This document shows, piece after piece, positions 56,228 to 63,967 of a DNA stretch of 64,000 nt. Every line of letters begins with the position of its first letter. The first letter of the stretch is position 1. The stretch lies in the sequence record LR745206.1, one strand, 5' to 3'. The position numbers and the translations under genes are program-made. The notes under the pieces were generated by a model. The model made no database searches. It saw only the letters and a program-made list of their open reading frames with translations, and was not told where the DNA came from.

Positions 56228-56301
56228 TGGTGAGTAGCTTAGATGGTAAAAGCATCTGTCTTATATACAGAAGATAATGGGATCGTTACCCATCTCACCA
56301 A
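56228..56301 (+). tRNA. tRNA-Ile (TAT)
   Basis: TCTGT-CT-TAT-AT-ACAGA; T-loop ATCGTTA. Confidence 0.8.
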
Positions 56302-56305
56302 CAAC

Positions 56306-56376
56306 GCGAGATGTAGCTTAATGATAAAGCGTCTGCCTTCCAAGCAGAAGACGGAGTTTGATTCTCACATTTCGCT
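56306..56376 (+). tRNA. tRNA-Gly (TCC), atypical T arm
   Basis: TCTGC-CT-TCC-AA-GCAGA; U73. Confidence 0.72.
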
Positions 56377-56381
56377 CAAAT

Positions 56382-56455
56382 AGTCCCTTAGCACAATTGG
56401 TTAGTGCACCTCGCTCATAACGAGAAGGTTATCGGTTCGAATCCGGTAGGGACTA
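56382..56455 (+). tRNA. tRNA (CAT), probably Ile2 (lysidine type)
   Basis: CTCG-CT-CAT-AA-CGAG; C4-G69 and C5-G68 pairs as in TilS substrates; elongator Met not excluded. Confidence 0.7.
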
Positions 56456-56501
56456 CAAAATGAGAAAACATTAAAACCATCTCACCAGGATGTAAAATAC
56501 C

Positions 56502-56573
56502 GCAGTAATGGTGTTAATGATAGCACATGAGACTTCCAATCTCAAGGTGTCGGTTCGAGTCCGATTTACTGCT
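56502..56573 (+). tRNA. tRNA-Gly (TCC)
   Basis: TGAGA-CT-TCC-AA-TCTCA; U73. Confidence 0.85.
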
Positions 56574-56634
56574 CAAGTATTTTAATATATATTCCAATCC
56601 AATTTATGGTTGGAAGATAAAATTAGAATTTATT

Positions 56635-57072
56635 ATGATTTGTAGAATTTGTGAAATTGATAAAGTAGAAGAAGATTTTCATTATCAAACAAAAAAGAAA
56701 GATAAGAGGAAAAAGTATTGTAAAGAATGTGCTAAGGGATATAGGAAGAAGTATTATGAAGCGAATAGAGAAAAATCTATCGAGTATTCCAAAAATACCA
56801 ATAAAAGTTTTAAGATAAAACTACAACAGTATATATGGGATTATCTAACAATTAATAATTGTATAATATGTGGTGAAAATGATCCAATTGTATTAGAATT
56901 TGACCATAGAGATTCGAGTGAGAAGTATATGGGTGTTTGTAATATGGTTAATACTAGACATTCGTTGAAAAAAATAATGAAAGAAATTGAAAAGTGTGAT
57001 GTTTTGTGTAGTAATTGTCATAAAAGAAAAACGGCTATTCAGTTTGATTGGTATAGTAAAATTATAAAATAA
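56635..57072 (+). CDS. HNH endonuclease with N-terminal Zn-ribbon
   Basis: CRIC..CKEC, CIIC..LEFDH..LCSNCH; start ATG 56635. Confidence 0.85.
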   Translation: MICRICEIDKVEEDFHYQTKKKDKRKKYCKECAKGYRKKYYEANREKSIEYSKNTNKSFKIKLQQYIWDYLTINNCIICGENDPIVLEFDHRDSSEKYMGVCNMVNTRHSLKKIMKEIEKCDVLCSNCHKRKTAIQFDWYSKIIK

Positions 57073-57079
57073 AAAATAT

Positions 57080-57155
57080 GGGGGCACATGTTCCAAGGCT
57101 TTGGCGAGTTTGACTTGCAATCAGACTGAGGTGGATTCGATTTCCACTGTCTCCA
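57080..57155 (+). tRNA. tRNA-Ala (TGC)
   Basis: TTTGA-CT-TGC-AA-TCAGA; G3.U70 pair. Confidence 0.8.
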
Positions 57156-57171
57156 CAAAAATTAAAAAGAA

Positions 57172-57912
57172 ATGGAAACATTATATAACATAAATAGTTT
57201 AGTAATCTGGGAAGAAAAGGATCTTAGGATTAGAAAGTTCATAGAGGATACTATGAAAGAGGAAATTAAAACAATATTACTCTCTCAGAATCCAGCTTGG
57301 AAATTCTATCAGATTGAAGCTCCTTGTCTTATACCAAGAGATTTGGTTAATGAGAATTATACCAATGAAGATATTTGGGTACAAGAAACAAAAGATGATG
57401 AAGTTGAATTGGTATTAAAACCTGAAACAACACCAAGTTCTTATGTATATGCTCAACACTTGTTAAATACAAATAGATGTCTACCACCACTTGTTGTTTG
57501 GCAAACATCTAAATCTTTTAGAAGAGAACAAGACCAAGTGATGAAGAATATGAGATTGAAAGAGTTTTATCAACAAGAGTTTCAATGTGTTTATTCAGCA
57601 AGTACACTGAATGATTATCAAGAAAATGTTCTTGAACCAATCAGAAAAATGTTGGAAGATATAATCGCTCTACCAACAAGGATAGTTGAGAGTGATAGAT
57701 TACCTTCTTATAGCCTAAGAACAATGGATATAGAAGTTTATAATGATGATAAATGGATGGAGATTTGTTCAATATCAAAAAGAACCGATTTTCCACAAAA
57801 AGCAGTATTTACTGTTAAGAACAAAGTTATCGAGACTGATTTATTGGTACTTGAAATAGCATTGGGTGTTGATAGAGTATTGTATAATTATATGAAACGA
57901 ATAAATAAATAA
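57172..57912 (+). CDS. Miniature glycyl-tRNA synthetase-like class II catalytic core
   Basis: LKPETT, motif 2 KSFRRE..MRLKEFYQQEFQ, WMEICS, motif 3 LGVDR; ends with no anticodon-binding domain. Confidence 0.75.
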   Translation: METLYNINSLVIWEEKDLRIRKFIEDTMKEEIKTILLSQNPAWKFYQIEAPCLIPRDLVNENYTNEDIWVQETKDDEVELVLKPETTPSSYVYAQHLLNTNRCLPPLVVWQTSKSFRREQDQVMKNMRLKEFYQQEFQCVYSASTLNDYQENVLEPIRKMLEDIIALPTRIVESDRLPSYSLRTMDIEVYNDDKWMEICSISKRTDFPQKAVFTVKNKVIETDLLVLEIALGVDRVLYNYMKRINK

Positions 57913-57929
57913 AAATAAAAAATAAAGAT

Positions 57930-58804
57930 ATGAAAAGGCTGGACGCATTTTAGTCACAGAAGAATATAAATCTTACTGTGACGTTAATAAAATTAAATTT
58001 AAAGTAGAAGAAAGTGTTAAATCTTATGATGATACGACATTATTTTGTCCATCAGGGATGCAACAATTCAAATCTAATTTCAAGGACGAGAATTATAAAG
58101 GAACAATATCCAATATTCAATCTTGTTTGAGATTGAATGATATAGATGAAATAGGTGATGGAACACACCTACTATATTTTAATATGATTGGATTCTTCTC
58201 ATTTAGAGAGTGGACTGTTCCACAAACAATTGATTATTGGATGGAATTCCTTAACTTAATAGGAATTAAACCTGATTATGTTACAATACACCCAACTAAA
58301 CCAGAATGGAGTGAGTGGTATAAAAAATATGAAGTTGAAGTAAGGTTTGATGAAGAGTGTAAATGGACAGATGGTGATATTGGTGGATATTGTACCGAAT
58401 TTTATAAAGATGATATAGAAATAGGTAATATTGTTAATCCACTTGGTACCTGTATAGATGTCGGATTCGGCTTAGAAAGATTGAAAATGGTTTTAGACAA
58501 CCAAATAGTTAGTAAAGAAGATACTCTAAAAGAAAGTATTATGAAAATAATAGAGAGTGGATTCAGACCAGGAAATAATAAACAAGGATATATTTTAAGA
58601 AAACTTCTTAGATTATGTCACCAAAATAAAATAGAAATAGAACATCCGTTTTATATGGATGAAGTAAAAAGACAGGAGAAGATATTAGAGAAGTGGGGTA
58701 AGTTAAAAAATAAACACAATGATAAATCAAAGGAATGGTGGTGGGACACACATGGTATTGATTTAGATTTTATAAAAGAAATTGAAAAAAATGAAAATAT
58801 TTAA
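57930..58804 (+). CDS. alaS: Miniature alanyl-tRNA synthetase (N-terminal catalytic domain), start uncertain
   Basis: YDDTTLFCPSGMQQFK, QSCLR..D, H..YFNMIG, EIGNIV, IDVGFGLERL, GYILRKLLR; the conserved motif lies upstream of the track start 58058. Confidence 0.8.
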
Positions 58805-58946
58805 AAATATAAAAGATGGTGAATTATATATCTTGGTTGAATTAAAACCAGGGATATACACAGCTATCCCAATAAATAGCGGTGATAAACCGATTAGTAA
58901 TTGTAATATGATTGATTTCGTACCAACAATTATAAACCGAAATTAA
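58791..58946 (+). CDS. Small hypothetical protein (51 aa)
   Basis: MKIFKNIKDGELYILVE...NRN, translated by hand. Confidence 0.45.
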   Translation: MKIFKNIKDGELYILVELKPGIYTAIPINSGDKPISNCNMIDFVPTIINRN

Positions 58947-58957
58947 TTTCGGTTAAT

Positions 58958-59030
58958 GCGAGAATAGCTCAGTTGGTAGAGCGCCACCTTGCCAAGGTGG
59001 AGGTCGCGGGTTCGAGCCCCGTTTCTCGCT
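58958..59030 (+). tRNA. tRNA-Gly (GCC)
   Basis: CCACC-TT-GCC-AA-GGTGG; canonical cloverleaf. Confidence 0.92.
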
Positions 59031-59045
59031 CAAGATAGTAGTAAT

Positions 59046-59157
59046 GAGAAGTGTTACTTCGACTGCAATTCGACTAGTCCAGGTTCGAATCCTGGCACCG
59101 GCTCAAATAAATAATGTCGGTGTGGTGTAATGGTAGCACAGTAATAACACACTTCTC
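59046..59157 (+). tRNA. Circularly permuted tRNA-Cys (GCA) gene candidate
   Basis: 3' half (59059-59103) precedes 5' half (59116-59141); acceptor GTCGGTG/CACCGGC, U73, flanks GAGAAGTGT/ACACTTCTC. Confidence 0.7.
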
Positions 59158-59175
59158 AAATTTTCTCTATCTAAT

Positions 59176-59249
59176 GGGGGATTAGCTCAGTTGGCTAGAG
59201 CGCCTGCCTTGCACGCAGGAGGCCATCGGTTCGAATCCGATATCCTCCA
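59176..59249 (+). tRNA. tRNA-Ala (TGC)
   Basis: CCTGC-CT-TGC-AC-GCAGG; G3.U70. Confidence 0.92.
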
Positions 59250-59375
59250 CAAAATATTAGGATATGTGGAAAATATTCTTATATTTGTATAAATAATTTA
59301 TAAACTATCATTTTTCTTTGTCAAAAGGAGAATAAAAAATTTCAAAGAGATTTGAAAAAAAAGAAAAATGTAGTT

Positions 59376-60191
59376 ATGAAAAAAGACAACTTCGGAGACC
59401 GTATGAAAATGTACGAATCTCAAACCTGTGGAATTAAACTTATTCCCAGAATTCCTGTAATCGCTCGTTTAGATGGAAAAGGATTTTCCAAATTTACAAA
59501 AGGACTAAAAAGACCTTATGACGAGAGACTATCCAATCTTATGATTGAAACTGTTAAGTATCTTGTAAAAGAGACTAATGCTAATTGTGGTTATACTCAA
59601 TCTGATGAGATCACTCTGGTTTGGTATACTGATAAGATAGATGCTTCAATTTATTTTGATGGTAGACTTTTCAAGATGTTAAGTGATTTATCTGCTATGG
59701 CTTCTGTTTATTTCAATAGAAGACTTGGTGAATTTCTTCCAGAAAAAATTGATAAGATGCCTAGATTTGATGCTCGTGTTTATAATGTTCCTACTTTAGA
59801 TGAGGCAGTTAACTCTTTCCTTTGGAGAGAACAAGATGCTACTAAAAACTCTATTAGTATGGCGGCACAAGCTTTCTATTCTCACAAGCAACTAATGGGT
59901 AAGAACGGAAGTGATAAACAAGAGATGCTTTTTGAAAAAGGTGTTAATTGGAATGATTACCCATCATTCTTCAAAAGAGGAACTTATATTCAAAGAAAAA
60001 GAATTGTAACTCCTTTCAGTATTGAGGAAATTGAGAAACTTCCACCTAAACACAATGCTAGAAAGGATCCAAATTATTGTGTTGAAAGATGGGTTATTGA
60101 TAAAATCAATCTACCACCACTTTCTAAAATTGATAATAAAATTGGTGTTATTGTTTTTGGTGAAGATGTAAAATTAAAAAGTCCAGTTTAA
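59376..60191 (+). CDS. Thg1-like tRNA(His) guanylyltransferase / 3'-5' polymerase
   Basis: ARLDGKGFSKF, KRPYD, YTQSDEI, FDARV, WREQDA.KNSI; start ATG 59376. Confidence 0.92.
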   Translation: MKKDNFGDRMKMYESQTCGIKLIPRIPVIARLDGKGFSKFTKGLKRPYDERLSNLMIETVKYLVKETNANCGYTQSDEITLVWYTDKIDASIYFDGRLFKMLSDLSAMASVYFNRRLGEFLPEKIDKMPRFDARVYNVPTLDEAVNSFLWREQDATKNSISMAAQAFYSHKQLMGKNGSDKQEMLFEKGVNWNDYPSFFKRGTYIQRKRIVTPFSIEEIEKLPPKHNARKDPNYCVERWVIDKINLPPLSKIDNKIGVIVFGEDVKLKSPV

Positions 60192-60203
60192 CTGGACTTT
60201 TTT
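60176..60203. terminator. Bidirectional intrinsic terminator
   Basis: AAAAAGTCCAGT-TTA-ACTGGACTTTTT. Confidence 0.85.
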
Positions 60204-60651
60204 ATTCGCTTTTGTTTATAAAAAGTTCTATTCTTAATATCTCCGGAAACATATCTGAGATTATCGTATCTAACTCACTTAATGTTACTTGTTCTCTGTT
60301 TCCACCACCATTTATCCAAATAAAGAATTGATAATCTTTTGGTATCATATCACTTAGTCTATCAATATAATAATCTTTTAGGTAAACTAATGATTCATAG
60401 TCCATATTATTATATTTACCATTTTTATCTGATAGTATAATTTGTAATGATCCTAAATCTTCTATTGGGAAATAAAGTTCATCTTTCCATCCATTTGGAT
60501 CACGTGGACTATCTTTATCATCATCTTTATACCACCTTATTAATGGTTTGTAATTTTCATCATCACTAAGACTATTCATTAAGTCAATGAAATCATTAGT
60601 GAAATTTTCATCAAATGATTCAAATATTTTATATGTTTTTAAATGCTTCAT
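60202..60651 (-). CDS. Hypothetical protein (MKHLKTYKIFES motif)
   Basis: 149 aa ORF. Confidence 0.7.
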   Translation of the reverse strand: MKHLKTYKIFESFDENFTNDFIDLMNSLSDDENYKPLIRWYKDDDKDSPRDPNGWKDELYFPIEDLGSLQIILSDKNGKYNNMDYESLVYLKDYYIDRLSDMIPKDYQFFIWINGGGNREQVTLSELDTIISDMFPEILRIELFINKSE

Positions 60652-61133
60652 CTTTGATACCTTTTAGATAAGTTTGATATAGTCATACTTAAAGTAATTG
60701 ATGATTTATTAGTTATAGAGAAATCACCCTTTGTATAAATTTTGGAATACTTTTTATTAATATTAATATTAATATTATCGATTCTACAACTAGTCATGGA
60801 ATTTAATCGATTAGTGAAGCTTTCCAATTCATCATTGAAATCACCTTCATCACCGTCATCAATAGTAGCACTTATATTATAAGTTAATGTTTTTATTTCT
60901 ATATCGATTCTATCATTTATAAATTTACCAAAATCTTCTAAGGTAAGTCTATTACCTCCAGATAAAGAAACTAAAAAATAAGGATCTTTCTCTCCATAAG
61001 ATTTAAATCCCATATCTTTTAGATACTCTTCAAATGATTGAAGTATATCTATATCATTAAAGATAGTTTTATTTATTTCTAATACCTCTTCATCAGTGAT
61101 ACCAACCGATTCATATTTCTTTAAGTATTTCAT
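60648..61133 (-). CDS. Hypothetical protein (MKYLKKYES motif)
   Basis: 161 aa ORF. Confidence 0.7.
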   Translation of the reverse strand: MKYLKKYESVGITDEEVLEINKTIFNDIDILQSFEEYLKDMGFKSYGEKDPYFLVSLSGGNRLTLEDFGKFINDRIDIEIKTLTYNISATIDDGDEGDFNDELESFTNRLNSMTSCRIDNINININKKYSKIYTKGDFSITNKSSITLSMTISNLSKRYQR

Positions 61134-61135
61134 AA

Positions 61136-62125
61136 TTAATTTATTCTAAATATATGATAATCAACACCATTATAATACTCAACATATTCTTTTCCATCAT
61201 AACTAGATAATGTGTGTCCTAAACCATCAGCTTCTACTAATCCATTTGTCATTCTTTCTAACCAATCACTATTAAGGTTTTGTTTTATTATTTTCAATGA
61301 GTCTTCTTCGCCAAAATTACTTACTAATTCGGTAGATATATCATTCTTATAAGACTCTATTTCATTTTTCAAATAAGCTTCAAAACTTTCTTCATCCATA
61401 TCACCATTTTCATCAGCCTTTATATCATCTATATACTCCCAATCTTCCCTATACTGATCACCATCACCAATCATTTCCTTAGCAAGTCCATCTTCATCAA
61501 CACAACCGAACCTAAAGTATAATTTAACCATTAATAAGTCCTGTTCATCCAAACCACTAACATATTCTTTAGCTATTTTCATAGCAGTCTCTATATCACA
61601 AGATATAAAATCCATATCCTCAAATTCATAAATAGTTGCTAAATCATAATGTTTATATAATTGACTTGAGATACTATAAATATCATCCTCTTCCATACCA
61701 TAATCCCTTAGATGAATTCTTAAAGCTTGAACCTCATCATAATCACTCCATCTATCTTCAACAATATTAAGATATGGATATATTTCTTTTAAAGTATTGG
61801 TTAATTCCTTACTTAAATCACCATAATTAACATAATCACCATTTTTATTATAATAAAAACAATAAATCAACTTATCACTATCTAATTCCACATCATATTT
61901 AAACTTACTTCCGCTCCAAGTTTCTTTATCTTTAATATGAGAATATCTACCAGATAATACAGTAAGTTTATTATAATCTAATTTATATTCTAATTCTAAC
62001 CCAGCATCAAGATGCTCTAAAGCTAAGTCTTTTGCGGTATTTATAACTTCCCAATCAATTGACGTATTATTTAAATATGACTCATTATTTGATTCAAATA
62101 AATTATACTCAATTAAATATTTCAT
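61136..62125 (-). CDS. Hypothetical acidic protein (MKYLIEYNLFES motif)
   Basis: 329 aa ORF. Confidence 0.75.
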   Translation of the reverse strand: MKYLIEYNLFESNNESYLNNTSIDWEVINTAKDLALEHLDAGLELEYKLDYNKLTVLSGRYSHIKDKETWSGSKFKYDVELDSDKLIYCFYYNKNGDYVNYGDLSKELTNTLKEIYPYLNIVEDRWSDYDEVQALRIHLRDYGMEEDDIYSISSQLYKHYDLATIYEFEDMDFISCDIETAMKIAKEYVSGLDEQDLLMVKLYFRFGCVDEDGLAKEMIGDGDQYREDWEYIDDIKADENGDMDEESFEAYLKNEIESYKNDISTELVSNFGEEDSLKIIKQNLNSDWLERMTNGLVEADGLGHTLSSYDGKEYVEYYNGVDYHIFRIN

Positions 62126-62202
62126 AACTTTTTTATGTTCTTGTATTATAATCTTATATATTAAACTCAGACTTTAATATATAAGAAAAACATATTTTAA
62201 AA

Positions 62203-62802
62203 ATGTCAACAGTAAAAGATTTAAAAGATTCTCTAAACTTAGAAGGATTAGTAAAAGATAGTTTAATAATAGTTGTTAAAGACGGTAAATTTGCTATCCC
62301 GCAAGAAAACAGATTTGGTTATTTAAATGTGGATGGTCATTATGGATATAAAATAGATGATGAAGTTGTTTACTCTGATAAAAAATATGGTGATGTATTT
62401 TCATTATGGTCAATATTACAAGGTGATATTGAGTTTAATTATAGAAATGATATTGAAAGGATGGGTGGTATGTTTGATTTGGAATCTAATATGAATTTTG
62501 ATGGATTTAATTCTTCATACTTAACTGTTGGTAAGGCTAAGAAACAATTAGATAGGTATAATGATGATGCTGATATTGTAAATATTGGAATGAATGATGA
62601 TCCATTTATTACGATAGATTCCATGGAAGTTATAAATAATGTTTATTTAGATACAACTGATAGTTATGGTCATAAGAAAAAACTAAATTATAAGTTTCCT
62701 TGTTTAATTCTTAATTATGGTAAATCTATTGATAGATTTTTTGATCCTAAAGAAAAGACTAATGAATCGAGAATAATAAAGAAGTTTAATAAATTTAAAT
62801 AG
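62203..62802 (+). CDS. Hypothetical protein with C-terminal NESRIIKKFNKF
   Basis: 199 aa ORF. Confidence 0.7.
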   Translation: MSTVKDLKDSLNLEGLVKDSLIIVVKDGKFAIPQENRFGYLNVDGHYGYKIDDEVVYSDKKYGDVFSLWSILQGDIEFNYRNDIERMGGMFDLESNMNFDGFNSSYLTVGKAKKQLDRYNDDADIVNIGMNDDPFITIDSMEVINNVYLDTTDSYGHKKKLNYKFPCLILNYGKSIDRFFDPKEKTNESRIIKKFNKFK

Positions 62803-63463
62803 TCTTCTTAGTTATCTTAGTATGTATATTTTCCTCTTCCTCCTTTGAAAGGATTTTATCAAGGTACATATAAATATACTTTCTATATCTTTTTATAATA
62901 TTTTCCTCACATACTCTATTAATAGTACCCCATATTTGTTTCCATTGAGATTGTTCAAATCCTCTTGTATCTAATCTATGAATAGCATCTTCGACTGTTT
63001 GACTCTTCTTTGAAAGATCATTAGCTATTGTCCAAGAGAAAGCCATTATTTCTTCTTTATTAGAAAAATACTTATTTTGTTCGATAGGATTTGGTAAGGA
63101 GTATTCCACATCACCTTTTCTCATTGATTGCTCATAATGTATTTTCTCATGTCCAATTATATCATTTACTATTTCTTTGAAATTTGGAATTCTGTTAATT
63201 ATTTTCCTATCACAGATAACAAACATTGGTTTTTTTCTCTCTGGGTGAAAAAGTGCAAAGAATGGTACACCTTTATTTGGTGGTGCATTTTTTTTATCAG
63301 CATCACTAAGTGATGTATAGAAGGCATCATATTCAACAACATCAAAATCATTTTGATTTCCATATTCAACCAAATTATCAAATGTGTTGATTTCGAAATC
63401 ACTCTCTAGTTTAGATGGTATGATAACCGCCTCGAATGTCTTATACTTTTTAATATGTTTCAT
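62795..63463 (-). CDS. HExxH zinc metalloprotease-like protein
   Basis: IIGHEKIHYEQ with downstream YFSNKEEIMA. Confidence 0.6.
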   Translation of the reverse strand: MKHIKKYKTFEAVIIPSKLESDFEINTFDNLVEYGNQNDFDVVEYDAFYTSLSDADKKNAPPNKGVPFFALFHPERKKPMFVICDRKIINRIPNFKEIVNDIIGHEKIHYEQSMRKGDVEYSLPNPIEQNKYFSNKEEIMAFSWTIANDLSKKSQTVEDAIHRLDTRGFEQSQWKQIWGTINRVCEENIIKRYRKYIYMYLDKILSKEEEENIHTKITKKTI

Positions 63464-63472
63464 AATTATCTT

Positions 63473-63967
63473 TTATATTTCAAAGTGATGTGAATCCCAA
63501 AAATCTCCAAAAATCTCACCACCCCATTTAAATCCCCTATTTTTAAAAATATCAATGATATCTTTTGTTATTTTTCCCTTATTTATACTTTCATCATAAA
63601 CATGACTTATTTTACTAGGTTTTGCTGGATTAACTTTTGGGTTTAAGTCAATAGCATAACCCATTGCATGTTTCGATAATTTGTCAGTACCCATAACAAA
63701 TCTAAAGTTATATGCTGTTGTTATATTATCCATTATAATATCAGCATCATTTCTTTGGTGGCTTTTGTCTATTTTATTAATTGGGAATCTTATTTCATAT
63801 AAATCGTTGAATACGTCCTTTGTATTTTGTTCAATATTTTTATTAACTTCCAAGGTTCCTATTTTATGATTTCCATCATAATCAATATAATCTATTGACA
63901 ACTCAACAATATCATTCTCTATATCTATTTTTGTGACTGATTCATTAAACCCTCTTAAATATTTCAT
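63473..63967 (-). CDS. M15 family peptidoglycan peptidase
   Basis: YNFR, SKHAMGYAIDLNP, WGG, DSHHFE. Confidence 0.85.
   Translation of the reverse strand: MKYLRGFNESVTKIDIENDIVELSIDYIDYDGNHKIGTLEVNKNIEQNTKDVFNDLYEIRFPINKIDKSHQRNDADIIMDNITTAYNFRFVMGTDKLSKHAMGYAIDLNPKVNPAKPSKISHVYDESINKGKITKDIIDIFKNRGFKWGGEIFGDFWDSHHFEI

Noticed and set aside
55554-56634. ORFs at 55554, 55780 and the 5' extension of 56527
   Set aside because: Shadow frames over tRNA genes
59368-59379. ATG-TAG before Thg1 as a fourth amber gate
   Set aside because: Out of frame with Thg1, lacks the TAG-ATT-A context and hits TGA after one codon
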